From positions 421,883-485,882 of the forward strand of contig JBAZJK010000001.1 of the NCBI GenBank assembly GCA_041651355.1: DNA of 64,000 nucleotides, read 5' to 3'. Made by a program: the position numbers and the translations under genes. This document shows positions 46,022 to 55,712 of the stretch, in pieces; within the stretch, counting starts at the first letter, position 1; each line of letters begins with the position of its first letter. This DNA comes from Patescibacteria group bacterium. GTDB lineage: Bacteria > Patescibacteriota > Patescibacteriia > Patescibacteriales > UBA12465. The notes beneath the pieces were generated by a model that was given only the letters and a program-made list of their open reading frames with translations, did no database searches and was not told where the DNA came from.

Positions 46022-47293
46022 TTATAAGCCGTCATACTCGCGCATCGTTAGTTGCGACTCTATCTGCTTGACTGTCTCGATTACCACTGAAACGACGATC
46101 AAAAGACTCGTACCGCCGACCGCCAAAGACTGCATGCCGGTGAAATAACGCATGATCAGAGGCAAGATGGCGATGATGCCTAAGAATAAAGCACCGACCA
46201 GGATTATCTTGTGAGTAGTGTTAGCTAGGTAATCACTCGTGTGCTTTCCTGGCCTGATGCCCGGAATAAACCCGCCCTGCTTCTGTAAATTTTCCGCTAT
46301 CTGAGTCGGATGAAAAACGACTTCGGTGTAGAAATAGGTAAAGATAAAAACTAATAAGAAATAAGCGATGCCGTAAAAAAGCTGGTTATTGAACAAGGTG
46401 ATCACCCATTGAGAAAAATTAGCAATCCAGGCGGTACGGGCATGCAAGAAAAATTGAGCCATCATCGGCGGCAATAAGACGACGGAAACCGCAAAGATAA
46501 TCGGGATTACGCCCGCCATATTAACCCGTAAAGGCAGATGGGTGCTAGTGCCGCCAAAAGCGCGGTTACCCCTAATTTGCCTAGCGTATTGGACCGGAAT
46601 ATTTCTCTGAGCTTCATTGATCATGACTACGCCCACGATTGTTATCAAACCGATAACGATAAAACCGAGCAGAAGGAAAAGCTGAGTCTGGTCAAAGGTC
46701 AGAGCTAATTGTTTGAGAGTTTGAGGAATCGCGGCGACGATACCAGCAAAGATAAGGATGGAAATACCATTACCGATCTTCTTCTCGGAAATAAGTTCTC
46801 CAAACCACATTAGCAACATAGTGCCGGTCGTAATTGTCAGTAGCATCAAACCGAAATCAAAGGGGCTGATGCTGCCCAAAATACCAGAAGAAGAACGGCG
46901 TAAAAGGGTAATCATGCCATAAGCTTGGACTAAAGCTAAAGGAACGGTGGCATAGCGCGTCCACATATTTATTTTCTGGCGGCCAGCCTCCTCTTTCTGC
47001 ATCTCTTCAATCTTCGGAACGATCATACCTAAAAGCTGGAAAATGATCGAAGCGGTGATATAAGGGGCGACGCCCATCATGACAATAGAAAAATTATCCA
47101 TGCCGCCGCCGGAAAAAAGATTTAATAAGCCTAAAAATTGGTTAGAAGCGAACAAGTTCTTTAAAGCCACCGCGTTGACACCAGGAATCGGGATGTGGGC
47201 CGCCAGACGGAAAACCAAGAGTATCCCCAAGATAAACAAGATGCTGCGCCGTAAATCCTTGGCCTTCCAAATTTGTTCGATTTTAGCAAACAT
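46022..47293 (-). CDS. secY: Preprotein translocase subunit SecY
   Basis: 10-TM protein with LLNLFSGG, GISILIFAGI and the position after rplO. Confidence 0.95.
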   Translation of the reverse strand: MFAKIEQIWKAKDLRRSILFILGILLVFRLAAHIPIPGVNAVALKNLFASNQFLGLLNLFSGGGMDNFSIVMMGVAPYITASIIFQLLGMIVPKIEEMQKEEAGRQKINMWTRYATVPLALVQAYGMITLLRRSSSGILGSISPFDFGLMLLTITTGTMLLMWFGELISEKKIGNGISILIFAGIVAAIPQTLKQLALTFDQTQLFLLLGFIVIGLITIVGVVMINEAQRNIPVQYARQIRGNRAFGGTSTHLPLRVNMAGVIPIIFAVSVVLLPPMMAQFFLHARTAWIANFSQWVITLFNNQLFYGIAYFLLVFIFTYFYTEVVFHPTQIAENLQKQGGFIPGIRPGKHTSDYLANTTHKIILVGALFLGIIAILPLIMRYFTGMQSLAVGGTSLLIVVSVVIETVKQIESQLTMREYDGL

Positions 47294-47328
47294 ATATTTA
47301 AACGAAAATTATTCGCTGATTTATAAAA

Positions 47329-47745
47329 TTACTGAGCGAGTTGGCCTTTAACCGCCTGGGACATCTTGACGCCAGCAAATTTTACTTTGACAAGTAATTT
47401 TTCCTTACCAAGAATCTTGACCGGCAAAGCCTTATCTAAGATTATATTCTTAGCTAATAAAGTTTCCGGGCTAACCAATTCTTGATCCTTGAAATTAGCA
47501 TTGATTGACTTGACGCTAACAATCTGATTTTTGGGATAAACTGATTTAAAACCACGCAACTTAGGAATTTTCAAAAGCTGTTTCTTCATGCCTAATTTCT
47601 TCAAGCCGCTGACGCCCGAACGTGATTTTTGGCCTTTAAGTCCTCGGGTGCTATAGGTCCCATGCCCAGAGGCGTTACCACGGCCGACCCGTTTCCGTTT
47701 CTGGTTGGCACCTTGAGATTTTTTAATAGAGTTAAGTGATAGCAT
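47329..47745 (-). CDS. rplO: 50S ribosomal protein L15
   Basis: KRKRVGRGNASGHGTYSTRGLKGQKSRSG. Confidence 0.93.
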   Translation of the reverse strand: MLSLNSIKKSQGANQKRKRVGRGNASGHGTYSTRGLKGQKSRSGVSGLKKLGMKKQLLKIPKLRGFKSVYPKNQIVSVKSINANFKDQELVSPETLLAKNIILDKALPVKILGKEKLLVKVKFAGVKMSQAVKGQLAQ

Positions 47746-47758
47746 ATTGGCTAAATTA

Positions 47759-48379
47759 TTATTTGCTTGCTTCGGCCTCCGCTTTACCCTTATCGGCTTT
47801 GGCTTCTACTTTTTTCAATTTCCTTAAAGCTTCGATCGTACAGCGGGCGTTATTAATCTTATTATTAGTACCTAAGACTTTACTGGTAGCATTCTTGACT
47901 CCAGCTAACTCTAAAAGGACGCGGGTAACCCCACCGGCGATGACTCCCTTACCCTTCCTAGCCGGTTTGAATAGAATTCTAGCAGCCCCCTGGACTTCGA
48001 AGATGGAATGAGGAATGGTGTCCTTTACCATCGGCACGGTAATCATGTCTTTCTTGGCCCGATTAACAGCTTTGTTGACCGCCATAGTGACATCAGCGCC
48101 CTTGCCGACGCCGACAGCCACCTTGCCTTTCTTATCACCGATAGCTACACAAGCTCGGAAATTCATTCTTTTGCCTCCAGCCATAACTCTAGTCACGCGA
48201 GCAATATCTAAAATCCTCTGTTCGAATTCATCACGGTTAGCTTCACGACCACGGTCGCCGCGCTTAAAAGGACGGGCGGGACCTTTCTTTTTCTGTCCAT
48301 CGCCATAAATATCCTTAGCCACGGTGCTGGCGGCCTGGGCATTAGTATCAACTGCTAAATTTTTTTTATCGTCTGCCAT
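47759..48379 (-). CDS. rpsE: 30S ribosomal protein S5 (N-terminal extension)
   Basis: RVTRVMAGGKRMNFRACVAIGDKKGKVAVGVGKG...GVIAGG. Confidence 0.93.
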   Translation of the reverse strand: MADDKKNLAVDTNAQAASTVAKDIYGDGQKKKGPARPFKRGDRGREANRDEFEQRILDIARVTRVMAGGKRMNFRACVAIGDKKGKVAVGVGKGADVTMAVNKAVNRAKKDMITVPMVKDTIPHSIFEVQGAARILFKPARKGKGVIAGGVTRVLLELAGVKNATSKVLGTNNKINNARCTIEALRKLKKVEAKADKGKAEAEASK

Positions 48380-48398
48380 ATGATATAAATTATACTAA

Positions 48399-48755
48399 TT
48401 AAAATTCCAAACCGCCTTCTCTGGCGCCTTCAGCCGCCGCCTTGACTCGGCCATGGTATTTATAAGAACCGCGATCGAAAACGACTGCCTTGATTTTCTT
48501 ATCCGCCGCCTTTTGGGCTAGCAGCTTACCTAAAGCCGAAGCGAGCTCGATCTTGCCGGCAGTCTTGGCCTTAATCTCGCGACTGTGGGCGCTAACGAGG
48601 GTGATAGCTTTCAAATCATCAATCAGCTGCAGGTACATTCCCGCATTAGAACGAAAGACACAGAGACGAGGCTTCTGGTCCGTACCCTTTATTTTAGACC
48701 TAGTCCTAGCTTGGCGTCGAGCGGTCTTCTTATTTTTTAGAATACTCTTGTTCAT
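48399..48755 (-). CDS. rplR: 50S ribosomal protein L18
   Basis: RLCVFRSNAGMYLQLIDD...FDRGSYKYHGRVKAAAEGAREGGLEF. Confidence 0.93.
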   Translation of the reverse strand: MNKSILKNKKTARRQARTRSKIKGTDQKPRLCVFRSNAGMYLQLIDDLKAITLVSAHSREIKAKTAGKIELASALGKLLAQKAADKKIKAVVFDRGSYKYHGRVKAAAEGAREGGLEF

Positions 48756-48774
48756 ATGAAAATTTTATTTGATA

Positions 48775-49317
48775 TTATTTGCCTTTAGCGGCAGCCTTAC
48801 CAGCTTTGCGGCGGATGACTTCATCGCTGTATTTGACACCTTTACCCTTATAAGGCTCCGGCTTTCTGATCTTACGGATACGAGCGGCGGTCTCACCGAC
48901 TAATTTCTTATCGATTCCGCTCAAAGTAATGGTATTAGCTTCCACGACGGCACTGATGCCAGCTGGCAACATGAATTCCACCGGATGGGAAAAGCCCAAA
49001 TTCAAGGTTAATTTCTGGCCGCTGACGCTAGCCCGATAACCGACACCGTTGATTTCTAATTTTTTGGAAAAACCCTGGCTTAAGCCTAAGACCATATTAT
49101 TGATCAAGCTCCTGTATAAACCCCATAACGCTCCGGAATTCTTATAGGCAGGGTTATTAACGACAGAGATTTCGCTCTCGGAGATATTAATACTAACAGC
49201 CGGATGCAGAGCTTGCTTCAATTCGCCCTTAGCGCCTTTGACCACGATAAAACCGTCGGCTATTTTAGCCTGGATACCGGCGGGCAAAGTAATGGGTAAT
49301 TTTCCTAAACGTGACAT
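48775..49317 (-). CDS. rplF: 50S ribosomal protein L6
   Basis: MSRLGKLPITLPAG...KPEPYKGKGVKY. Confidence 0.93.
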   Translation of the reverse strand: MSRLGKLPITLPAGIQAKIADGFIVVKGAKGELKQALHPAVSINISESEISVVNNPAYKNSGALWGLYRSLINNMVLGLSQGFSKKLEINGVGYRASVSGQKLTLNLGFSHPVEFMLPAGISAVVEANTITLSGIDKKLVGETAARIRKIRKPEPYKGKGVKYSDEVIRRKAGKAAAKGK

Positions 49318-49340
49318 ATCTTTATTGCTTTAGTTATTTA

Positions 49341-49751
49341 TTAATAAATCTCGCCAATCACTTCACCACCTACTTTAGCGCGTCTGGCTTCAAAATTAGT
49401 CATCAAGCCGGATGAGGTGGAAATAATTGCCATGCCTAGATTATTTAAAACGCTAGGGATATTATCCTTATCAACATAGATACGCAGGCCGGGTTTGCTG
49501 ATGCGCTTGATCGAGGTGATATGGGGACGTCCGTTCTTGTGATATTTCAAGACTAAGCGGAGCTCGTCAAAATTATTACTCGCGCCATTCAAGCCGCCAG
49601 GAACAACGTTCGCTTCTTTAATCCAGCCTTCGCGGGCTAAAATTTTGGCTACTTCCAATTTCACCTTGCTCAACGGCAAAACCACCTCCGCCTTTTTGAC
49701 TGCGGCAGCATTCCGGATGCGCGTAAACATGTCTGCGATTGGATCTGTCAT
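49341..49751 (-). CDS. rpsH: 30S ribosomal protein S8
   Basis: MTDPIADMFTRIRNA...GGEVIGEIY. Confidence 0.93.
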   Translation of the reverse strand: MTDPIADMFTRIRNAAAVKKAEVVLPLSKVKLEVAKILAREGWIKEANVVPGGLNGASNNFDELRLVLKYHKNGRPHITSIKRISKPGLRIYVDKDNIPSVLNNLGMAIISTSSGLMTNFEARRAKVGGEVIGEIY

Positions 49752-49786
49752 AATATTGATTAATTAAAAATTTACATTATTTTAGA

Positions 49787-49972
49787 TTACCAGCTAGCCT
49801 TCTTGATTCCTGGTAAATCTCCATTATCGGCTAATTCCCGAAAACAAATACGACATAAATCAAAGGCGCGCATATAGCCGTGGTTACGGCCGCAACGCCA
49901 GCACCGATTAATCTTACGGGTGGAAAATTTCGGTTTTCTTTTTGCTTTAACGATTAAGGCTGTTCTTGCCAT
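49787..49972 (-). CDS. rpsN: 30S ribosomal protein S14 type Z (zinc-binding)
   Basis: 61 aa with CWRCGR...CRICFR and a GIKKASW end. Confidence 0.9.
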   Translation of the reverse strand: MARTALIVKAKRKPKFSTRKINRCWRCGRNHGYMRAFDLCRICFRELADNGDLPGIKKASW

Positions 49973-49989
49973 ACAAATATGAAAATTAA

Positions 49990-50535
49990 TTACTTATTAT
50001 CCTTTTTAAAAGGTATGCCTAAAAGACGGAAGAATTCCAATCCGGAATTTCTGTCTTGGGCACTAGTCGCCAAGCAGACTTCCAAACCGAAAAGGTTATC
50101 AGCGTCTTCCACTTTTATTTCTAAGAAGGAAGAGCTTTCCTTAACCCCGATCGTCAAGTTGCCATTTCTATCAACTGATTTTTCGCTGATACCGCGGAAA
50201 TCGCGGACGCGAGGAAAAGTGATATTGATCAATTTTTCTACAAAATCATACATCCTCTGGCCGCGCAGGGTCACCATAGCACCAATGACCATGCCCTCTC
50301 TGATCTTGAAAGCGGAAATCGATTTCTTGGCTTTAGTCAAAACCGGCCTCTGGCCGCTAATCTTGATAAGCCCCTGTTCTACGGCTGCTACTAGCTCCTT
50401 CTCTTTCGCTTGGCGACCGAAACCGACGTTAATCACTACTTTCTGTAAACGCGGTACTAAGAAACTATTATTTACGCCCAAAGTCTTTTTCAGCTCTGGT
50501 AATATTTGTTTTTGATATTTTTCTTTTAATCTCAT
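49990..50535 (-). CDS. rplE: 50S ribosomal protein L5
   Basis: [16 protein letters not shown]...[11 protein letters not shown]...FPRVRDFRG. Confidence 0.93.
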   Translation of the reverse strand: MRLKEKYQKQILPELKKTLGVNNSFLVPRLQKVVINVGFGRQAKEKELVAAVEQGLIKISGQRPVLTKAKKSISAFKIREGMVIGAMVTLRGQRMYDFVEKLINITFPRVRDFRGISEKSVDRNGNLTIGVKESSSFLEIKVEDADNLFGLEVCLATSAQDRNSGLEFFRLLGIPFKKDNK

Positions 50536-50557
50536 ATATAGAAAGATTAGACTTGGC

Positions 50558-50884
50558 TTAATCGATTACCTCTTGGCACTTTTTGCAAGCCCGGTATTTT
50601 TTAGGCTTCTTGCCTTCGGCTTGATTGATGAATTTATGGGCGACTCTGGTAGCCTTGCCGCATTTCGGACAAATCAAGGCGACATTGGAAACATCGATAA
50701 AAGAAGGAAATTCTATCCGTTGACCCTTCTCACCTTGGCGACGCGGACGTAAGTGCTTAATTAACAGGTTCAAGCCTTCAACGCTCAGTTTGCCTTCACT
50801 GGGGATGGTTTGCAAAACTTTGCCCGTCTTGCCCCGGTCTTTGCCAGATAATATTTTTACTTTGTCGTTTTTTTTGATATTCAT
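50558..50884 (-). CDS. rplX: 50S ribosomal protein L24 (with CxxC...CxxC C-terminal region)
   Basis: IKKNDKVKILSGKDRGKTGKV (KOW); CPKCGK...CKKC. Confidence 0.9.
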   Translation of the reverse strand: MNIKKNDKVKILSGKDRGKTGKVLQTIPSEGKLSVEGLNLLIKHLRPRRQGEKGQRIEFPSFIDVSNVALICPKCGKATRVAHKFINQAEGKKPKKYRACKKCQEVID

Positions 50885-50906
50885 ATATTTGCCAATGCTT
50901 TTAAGC

Positions 50907-51281
50907 TTAAAGGACCTCTGGGGCTAAAGAAGCAATCTTCACAAAACCGGCTTTTCTGATTTCTCTAGCGACCGGACCAAAGATACGGGTACCTTTCGGG
51001 TCTTTCTTCTCCTTATCAGTGATAATCACACAGGCGTTATCATCGAAACGGACGTAGGAGCCATCAACCCGGCGAATCTCTTTCTTGGTGCGCACGATCA
51101 CGGCCTTAACCACGTCGCTTTTCTTGATAGGAGCATGGGGAGTCGCTTCTTTAACTGCACCGACGATAATATCGCCCACGCCAGCGTAACGGCGCTTATA
51201 ACCTCCCAAAACCTTGATGCACTGGATCAATTTAGCTCCGGAATTATCGGCTACTTTTAAATATGTTTGGACTTGAATCAT
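50907..51281 (-). CDS. rplN: 50S ribosomal protein L14
   Basis: [17 protein letters not shown]...[10 protein letters not shown]. Confidence 0.95.
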   Translation of the reverse strand: MIQVQTYLKVADNSGAKLIQCIKVLGGYKRRYAGVGDIIVGAVKEATPHAPIKKSDVVKAVIVRTKKEIRRVDGSYVRFDDNACVIITDKEKKDPKGTRIFGPVAREIRKAGFVKIASLAPEVL

Positions 51282-51287
51282 ATGTTT

Positions 51288-51554
51288 TTATTTAATAACC
51301 CGCCAGCGCTTATCTTTGCTCAAAGGGCGGCATTCCACAAAAGTTACCTTATCACCGGTCTTGAATTCATTTTTCGGATCATGAACTTTATAGCGAGAGC
51401 TGACGGTGTAGCGCTTCTTATACTTCGGATTGATCTTGACGCGCTCGACTTTGACTACGATGGTCTTATCGCTCTTGTCACTAACAACCACGCCGCTGAA
51501 TTTTTTGCGGATAACGATTGGCGCTTCAATTTTGGCTTCACTTTTAACTGGCAT
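51288..51554 (-). CDS. rpsQ: 30S ribosomal protein S17
   Basis: GVVVSDKSDKTIVVKVER...HDPKNEFKTGDKV...PLSKDKRW. Confidence 0.92.
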   Translation of the reverse strand: MPVKSEAKIEAPIVIRKKFSGVVVSDKSDKTIVVKVERVKINPKYKKRYTVSSRYKVHDPKNEFKTGDKVTFVECRPLSKDKRWRVIK

Positions 51555-51566
51555 AATTTTAAAAAC

Positions 51567-51761
51567 TTATTTTTTAAGAGAGGAAACCTTTAGCTGCGTA
51601 AAAACCCGGGCGATCAATTTCTTGACATTCCTGATCTCTCTGACATTTTTTAATTGCTTATTAGAATCTTTAAAACGCAAGTCGCGCAGCTTCTCCTGCT
51701 CCAGGCTTAGTAAGGCCTGAAGTTCGGCGGAGCTTTTACTTTTTAATTCTTGGCTATCCAT
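51567..51761 (-). CDS. rpmC: 50S ribosomal protein L29
   Basis: 64 aa; ELKSKSSAELQALL...LRFK...IRNVKKLIARV. Confidence 0.88.
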   Translation of the reverse strand: MDSQELKSKSSAELQALLSLEQEKLRDLRFKDSNKQLKNVREIRNVKKLIARVFTQLKVSSLKK

Positions 51762-51768
51762 ATATTTA

Positions 51769-52179
51769 TTAGCTTACTTTGCTTACGAATTTACATTTTA
51801 CCGGCAATTTATAGGCGGCGAGCTCTAAAGCTTCTTTAGCGGTCTTAGCGTCTACTCCTTCCAGTTCAAACATGACCATGCCAGGCTTCACGACGACTAC
51901 ATAATGATCAACCGCGCCTTTACCTTTACCCATCGGCAATTCTCCGCCATGGGCGGTTACCGGCTTATCAGGAAAGATTCTGATCCACATCTTACCACCC
52001 TTCTTGATATATTTCGTGATCACGCGCCGAGCGGCTTCAATCTGTCGGGAAGTCACCCAACAAGCGCTAGTGCTTTTTAAGCCATAACTGCCAAAACTAA
52101 TATTAAGCATCCGGCTGGCTTTCCCGCCCTGGCGACGCTTATGATCCTTGCGGTGTTTTGTTTTCTTTGGCATTAACAT
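51769..52179 (-). CDS. rplP: 50S ribosomal protein L16
   Basis: MLMPKKTKHRKDHKRR...IEAARRVITKYIKKGGKMWIRIFPDKPVT. Confidence 0.95.
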   Translation of the reverse strand: MLMPKKTKHRKDHKRRQGGKASRMLNISFGSYGLKSTSACWVTSRQIEAARRVITKYIKKGGKMWIRIFPDKPVTAHGGELPMGKGKGAVDHYVVVVKPGMVMFELEGVDAKTAKEALELAAYKLPVKCKFVSKVS

Positions 52180-52204
52180 ATTTTGGTAATCTTAATTTTC
52201 TTAA

Positions 52205-52864
52205 TTAGCTCTCCTTCTCTTGGTTAAAGATTTCTCCGCGATAAACCCATACCTTGATACCGATGGCGCCATAACTAGTATGGGCCGCTCCGCGAGCATA
52301 ATCGATATCAGCTCGCAAGGTGTGAAGCGGTACTTTTCCTGAAACTAATTTCTCGGTCCGAGCGATTTCCGCACCATTCAAACGGCCGCCAATTACCACC
52401 TTCACTCCCTGGGCTCCGGCTCTTTCCGCCTTGCCGATAGTCTGCTTCATCACTTTCCTAAAAGGCATTCTCTTTTCAATATCTAAAATCATCGATTGAA
52501 CTAATATCTGAGCACTCAAATTCGGACGACTAACTTCTTTGATATTCAAATTTATTTCTGACAAACGGAAATTCTTTAAAAATTTATCATGAATCTTCTT
52601 TTTCAGTTCTTCGGCGCCATTGCCGCCACGGCCGATGAGCACGCCTGGCTTAGCGGTAAATAAGCTGACTTCAATCTTATTCAAACCGCGGGCAATCTCC
52701 ACTTTGTCGATCCCAGCTTCTTTGAACTCTTTGATCAAATATTTTCTCACCAAAACATCCTGCTTAACATTCTTGATATAAGCGGTTCCCGATTCGAACC
52801 AGGTAGACGCCCAGCTCTTAGTGATCCCCATGCGGAATATTTTTGGATTTACTTTTTTTCCCAT
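52205..52864 (-). CDS. rpsC: 30S ribosomal protein S3
   Basis: MGKKVNPKIFRMGITKSW...GRLNGAEIARTE. Confidence 0.95.
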   Translation of the reverse strand: MGKKVNPKIFRMGITKSWASTWFESGTAYIKNVKQDVLVRKYLIKEFKEAGIDKVEIARGLNKIEVSLFTAKPGVLIGRGGNGAEELKKKIHDKFLKNFRLSEINLNIKEVSRPNLSAQILVQSMILDIEKRMPFRKVMKQTIGKAERAGAQGVKVVIGGRLNGAEIARTEKLVSGKVPLHTLRADIDYARGAAHTSYGAIGIKVWVYRGEIFNQEKES

Positions 52865-52885
52865 AGTATTAAAAATTTAAATCAA

Positions 52886-53407
52886 TTAACCGCTCTTGCG
52901 ATGAAAAACCTTGGTAGCAAAGCCCTTACCTCCTTTAGCTTCACCTTCTTCAACGGCTTTAGCTTTATTGGCAGGACTTTTCTTGCTAATCTTGCTTTCA
53001 GCCTCTTTAGCGATTTTCTCAAGCTTAACCGGTTTTTCTAATTTAGTTTCTTTCTTAGCACTCTTGCCGCTAGGATTAATCTCATCTAAGACAACATGGA
53101 TATGGCAGGCCCGCTTTCGGATAGAAGTAGCTCGGCCGTGAGCCCTGGGAAACCAGCGCTTTAAAGTAACGCCTTCATCAACTGTCAAAGACTTGATATA
53201 TAGGTTATTTTTATCCAAATCATAAGTATTCACCGCGTTAGCAGCTGCTGATTTTAGAACCTTAGCTAAGGGTTCGGCCGCTTTCTTATTTATGAATTTC
53301 AATTGGTCTAAAGCTGTGCTCAAAGGAGCTTTGCGCACCAAATCAGCCACCAGGCGTACCTTCTGGGGTGACATTCGCAAATGATTCAAATTAGCTTTTA
53401 TTTCCAT
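52886..53407 (-). CDS. rplV: 50S ribosomal protein L22 (lysine-rich C-terminal extension)
   Basis: LRMSPQKVRLVADLVR...PRAHGRATSIRKRACHIHVVL. Confidence 0.92.
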   Translation of the reverse strand: MEIKANLNHLRMSPQKVRLVADLVRKAPLSTALDQLKFINKKAAEPLAKVLKSAAANAVNTYDLDKNNLYIKSLTVDEGVTLKRWFPRAHGRATSIRKRACHIHVVLDEINPSGKSAKKETKLEKPVKLEKIAKEAESKISKKSPANKAKAVEEGEAKGGKGFATKVFHRKSG

Positions 53408-53418
53408 AGAATTATTGA

Positions 53419-53706
53419 TTACTTAGCACCTTTAGCTTGGGCCTTAGCCATCTTACCGCCATGGGTTACAAATTTCTTGGTGGCCGCAAATTCTCCTAAG
53501 CGATGGCCGACCATGTTTTCCACTACGTAAACCGGGACATGGGTCTTGCCGTTATGGACGCCGATGGTAAAACCAACCATTTCCGGGGTAATAGTACAAG
53601 CCCGATCCCAAACCTTGACTACCGACTTATCGCCAGCCTTTAGGTTTTGAATCTTTTTTATAATCCTGGGATTAACGTATGGTCCCTTTTTTAGACTTCT
53701 GGACAT
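53419..53706 (-). CDS. rpsS: 30S ribosomal protein S19
   Basis: [11 protein letters not shown]...[13 protein letters not shown]...[10 protein letters not shown]. Confidence 0.95.
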   Translation of the reverse strand: MSRSLKKGPYVNPRIIKKIQNLKAGDKSVVKVWDRACTITPEMVGFTIGVHNGKTHVPVYVVENMVGHRLGEFAATKKFVTHGGKMAKAQAKGAK

Positions 53707-53729
53707 ATTTATAAAATAAATTTAATTGC

Positions 53730-54569
53730 TTATTTACGCTTACGGCCACGGCGCTTGATAATCAAGCGGTCAGAAGAGTGCTTGCGTCTGGTCTTAACGC
53801 CTAAAGCGAGCTTGCCCCATTTGGTCTTCGGAGCTTTCAAGCCGATCGGCTGGTTGCCTTCACCGCCGCCATGAGGATGATCAACCGGATTCATGGCTGT
53901 ACCGCGGACAGTCGGCCTGATGCCTAAACGACGGCTACGGCCGGCCTTACCTAAACTGATATGGCGACGATCCGGGTTGCTAACCTGGCCGACAGTGCAC
54001 AAACAATCTTTTTTAATTAACCTGATTTCTCCTGAAGGCATCTTAACCTGGGCATATTTCCCTTCGACGCCCATGACGCTGACAATATTGCCAGCTCCGC
54101 GAGCAATCTTGGCTCCTCGACCCGGTTCTAATTCCAAACAATTGATAGCGACGCCAGCGGGAATAAATTTAACCGGCAAAGCGTTACCTGTCTTGATTTC
54201 GATCAAGTCCTGGGAACTCATCAATTTATCTCCCAGAGCTAAGCCGACTGGAGCGATGATATATCTCTTTTCGCCGTCAGCATAAGCAAGCAGGGCTAAA
54301 CGAGCGCCACGATTAGGATCATACTCAATAGTTTTAACAACGGCTGGTATATTAAATTTATCGCGCTTGAAATCAACGATCCGGATAAAGCGCTTTGCGC
54401 CTCCGCCACGATGTCTAACAGTTATCTTGCCTTGGGCATTACGGCCGCCCTGTCTTTTCTTGATGAGCAATAAGCTCTTCAAAGGCTGGGTGCTGGTAAT
54501 ATCCTTAAAATCGTCAAAAGTGGCTTCACGTCGACCCGGAGTATTAGCTTTTACTTTTTTAATTCCCAT
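53730..54569 (-). CDS. rplB: 50S ribosomal protein L2
   Basis: [19 protein letters not shown]...[18 protein letters not shown]. Confidence 0.96.
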   Translation of the reverse strand: MGIKKVKANTPGRREATFDDFKDITSTQPLKSLLLIKKRQGGRNAQGKITVRHRGGGAKRFIRIVDFKRDKFNIPAVVKTIEYDPNRGARLALLAYADGEKRYIIAPVGLALGDKLMSSQDLIEIKTGNALPVKFIPAGVAINCLELEPGRGAKIARGAGNIVSVMGVEGKYAQVKMPSGEIRLIKKDCLCTVGQVSNPDRRHISLGKAGRSRRLGIRPTVRGTAMNPVDHPHGGGEGNQPIGLKAPKTKWGKLALGVKTRRKHSSDRLIIKRRGRKRK

Positions 54570-54595
54570 ATAATTTAATGATTGAAACTATAATA

Positions 54596-55027
54596 TTAGA
54601 CGCCTTCGTACATCTTAATCGTCTGTCCGGCGGCTAAAGTGACAATGGCTTTTTTCCAATCCTTACGATTACCGCGCACTCGGCCACGAGTCACCTGTTT
54701 GCCTTTGACATTAACCAGATTAACGCCGAGGGGTTTAACGTGATAAACCGAAGCGACCGCTTTGGCAACTTCAATCTTATTAGCTCTTGGAGCCACCATA
54801 AAGACATACTGGTTCTGGGCGCTCAAATTGGTTGCCTTCTCCGTGACCAAGGGCTTGATTAATATCTCGTGAGCCCTTGAGTATTTAACGCTAGCGCTTG
54901 ATTTCTTGGCGGAGCCAGACTTCTTGCTTGGAGTCTCTCCGGTATACAGATCTTTCATGCTAGCCGGAGCCACGGGTTTGGCTGCCTGGTCATCATTCTT
55001 AGTTTTCTTATTGCTAAATAAAGCCAT
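54596..55027 (-). CDS. rplW: 50S ribosomal protein L23 (N-terminal extension)
   Basis: ILIKPLVTEKAT...YVFMVAPRANKIEVAKAV, with the position between rplD and rplB. Confidence 0.9.
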   Translation of the reverse strand: MALFSNKKTKNDDQAAKPVAPASMKDLYTGETPSKKSGSAKKSSASVKYSRAHEILIKPLVTEKATNLSAQNQYVFMVAPRANKIEVAKAVASVYHVKPLGVNLVNVKGKQVTRGRVRGNRKDWKKAIVTLAAGQTIKMYEGV

Positions 55028-55050
55028 ATGATTAGGTAATTTAGTAAAAG

Positions 55051-55701
55051 CTATTTCTTTGGCTGTTCGTTGAGAACTTTGACAGCCTCAAGGCCGATTA
55101 ATAGATTCTTATACTGCAAAACGTCTAAGATATTTAAATTCTCGGGATTGATTATCTTCACATCAGCCAGGTTGCGGCCGGAAAATTTAACTTTTTCATC
55201 CTTACTGCCGTTGATTAATAGGACACTGCGGCGATCTGATTTAAGGACCTGGCTCTCGATGGCTTTCAAGAATTGATTAAAGGTCTTAGTCTTGAATTCT
55301 GGCATTTCCAACTTATCAACGATCACCAAACTCTGGTTAGCTAGCTTATCAGATAGAGCCATATAAAGAGCTTTCTGGCGCATCTTCTTGTTAATCTTTT
55401 TAGAAAAATTGCGATCTTTAGTCGGACCGAAGGTAACGCCGCCGCCAATCCAAATCGGAGAACGGCTAGAACCAACGCGCGCTCGGCCGGTTCCTTTCTG
55501 TTTCCAAGGCTTCTTGCCGCCGCCCCGGACTTCGCTGCGATCTTTGGTGTGAGCTAAAACCTGGCGCTCATTAGACATCTGGGCGACAATCGCCTGATGC
55601 AAAAGATCGGCCTGGGCCTTAAGGCCAAAAACCTTGTCTGTTAAATCGATCTGGCCGACTACCTCGGCTTTTTGATTATAGATATTAGCGCTTAGCGACA
55701 T
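55051..55701 (-). CDS. rplD: 50S ribosomal protein L4
   Basis: HTKDRSEVRGGGKKPWKQKGTGRARVGSSRSPIWIGGG. Confidence 0.95.
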   Translation of the reverse strand: MSLSANIYNQKAEVVGQIDLTDKVFGLKAQADLLHQAIVAQMSNERQVLAHTKDRSEVRGGGKKPWKQKGTGRARVGSSRSPIWIGGGVTFGPTKDRNFSKKINKKMRQKALYMALSDKLANQSLVIVDKLEMPEFKTKTFNQFLKAIESQVLKSDRRSVLLINGSKDEKVKFSGRNLADVKIINPENLNILDVLQYKNLLIGLEAVKVLNEQPKK

Positions 55702-55712
55702 AAAATTAATTT

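Noticed and set aside
49979-50515. Tracked 178-aa + ORF, and similar ORFs such as 42704..43126, 53893..54285, 51267..51593, 57376..57681 and 59406..59729
   Set aside because: They are antisense shadows of highly conserved genes (rplE, ruvX, rplB, rpsQ/rplN, tuf, fusA) and have Ser/Leu/Pro-rich, low-complexity translations.
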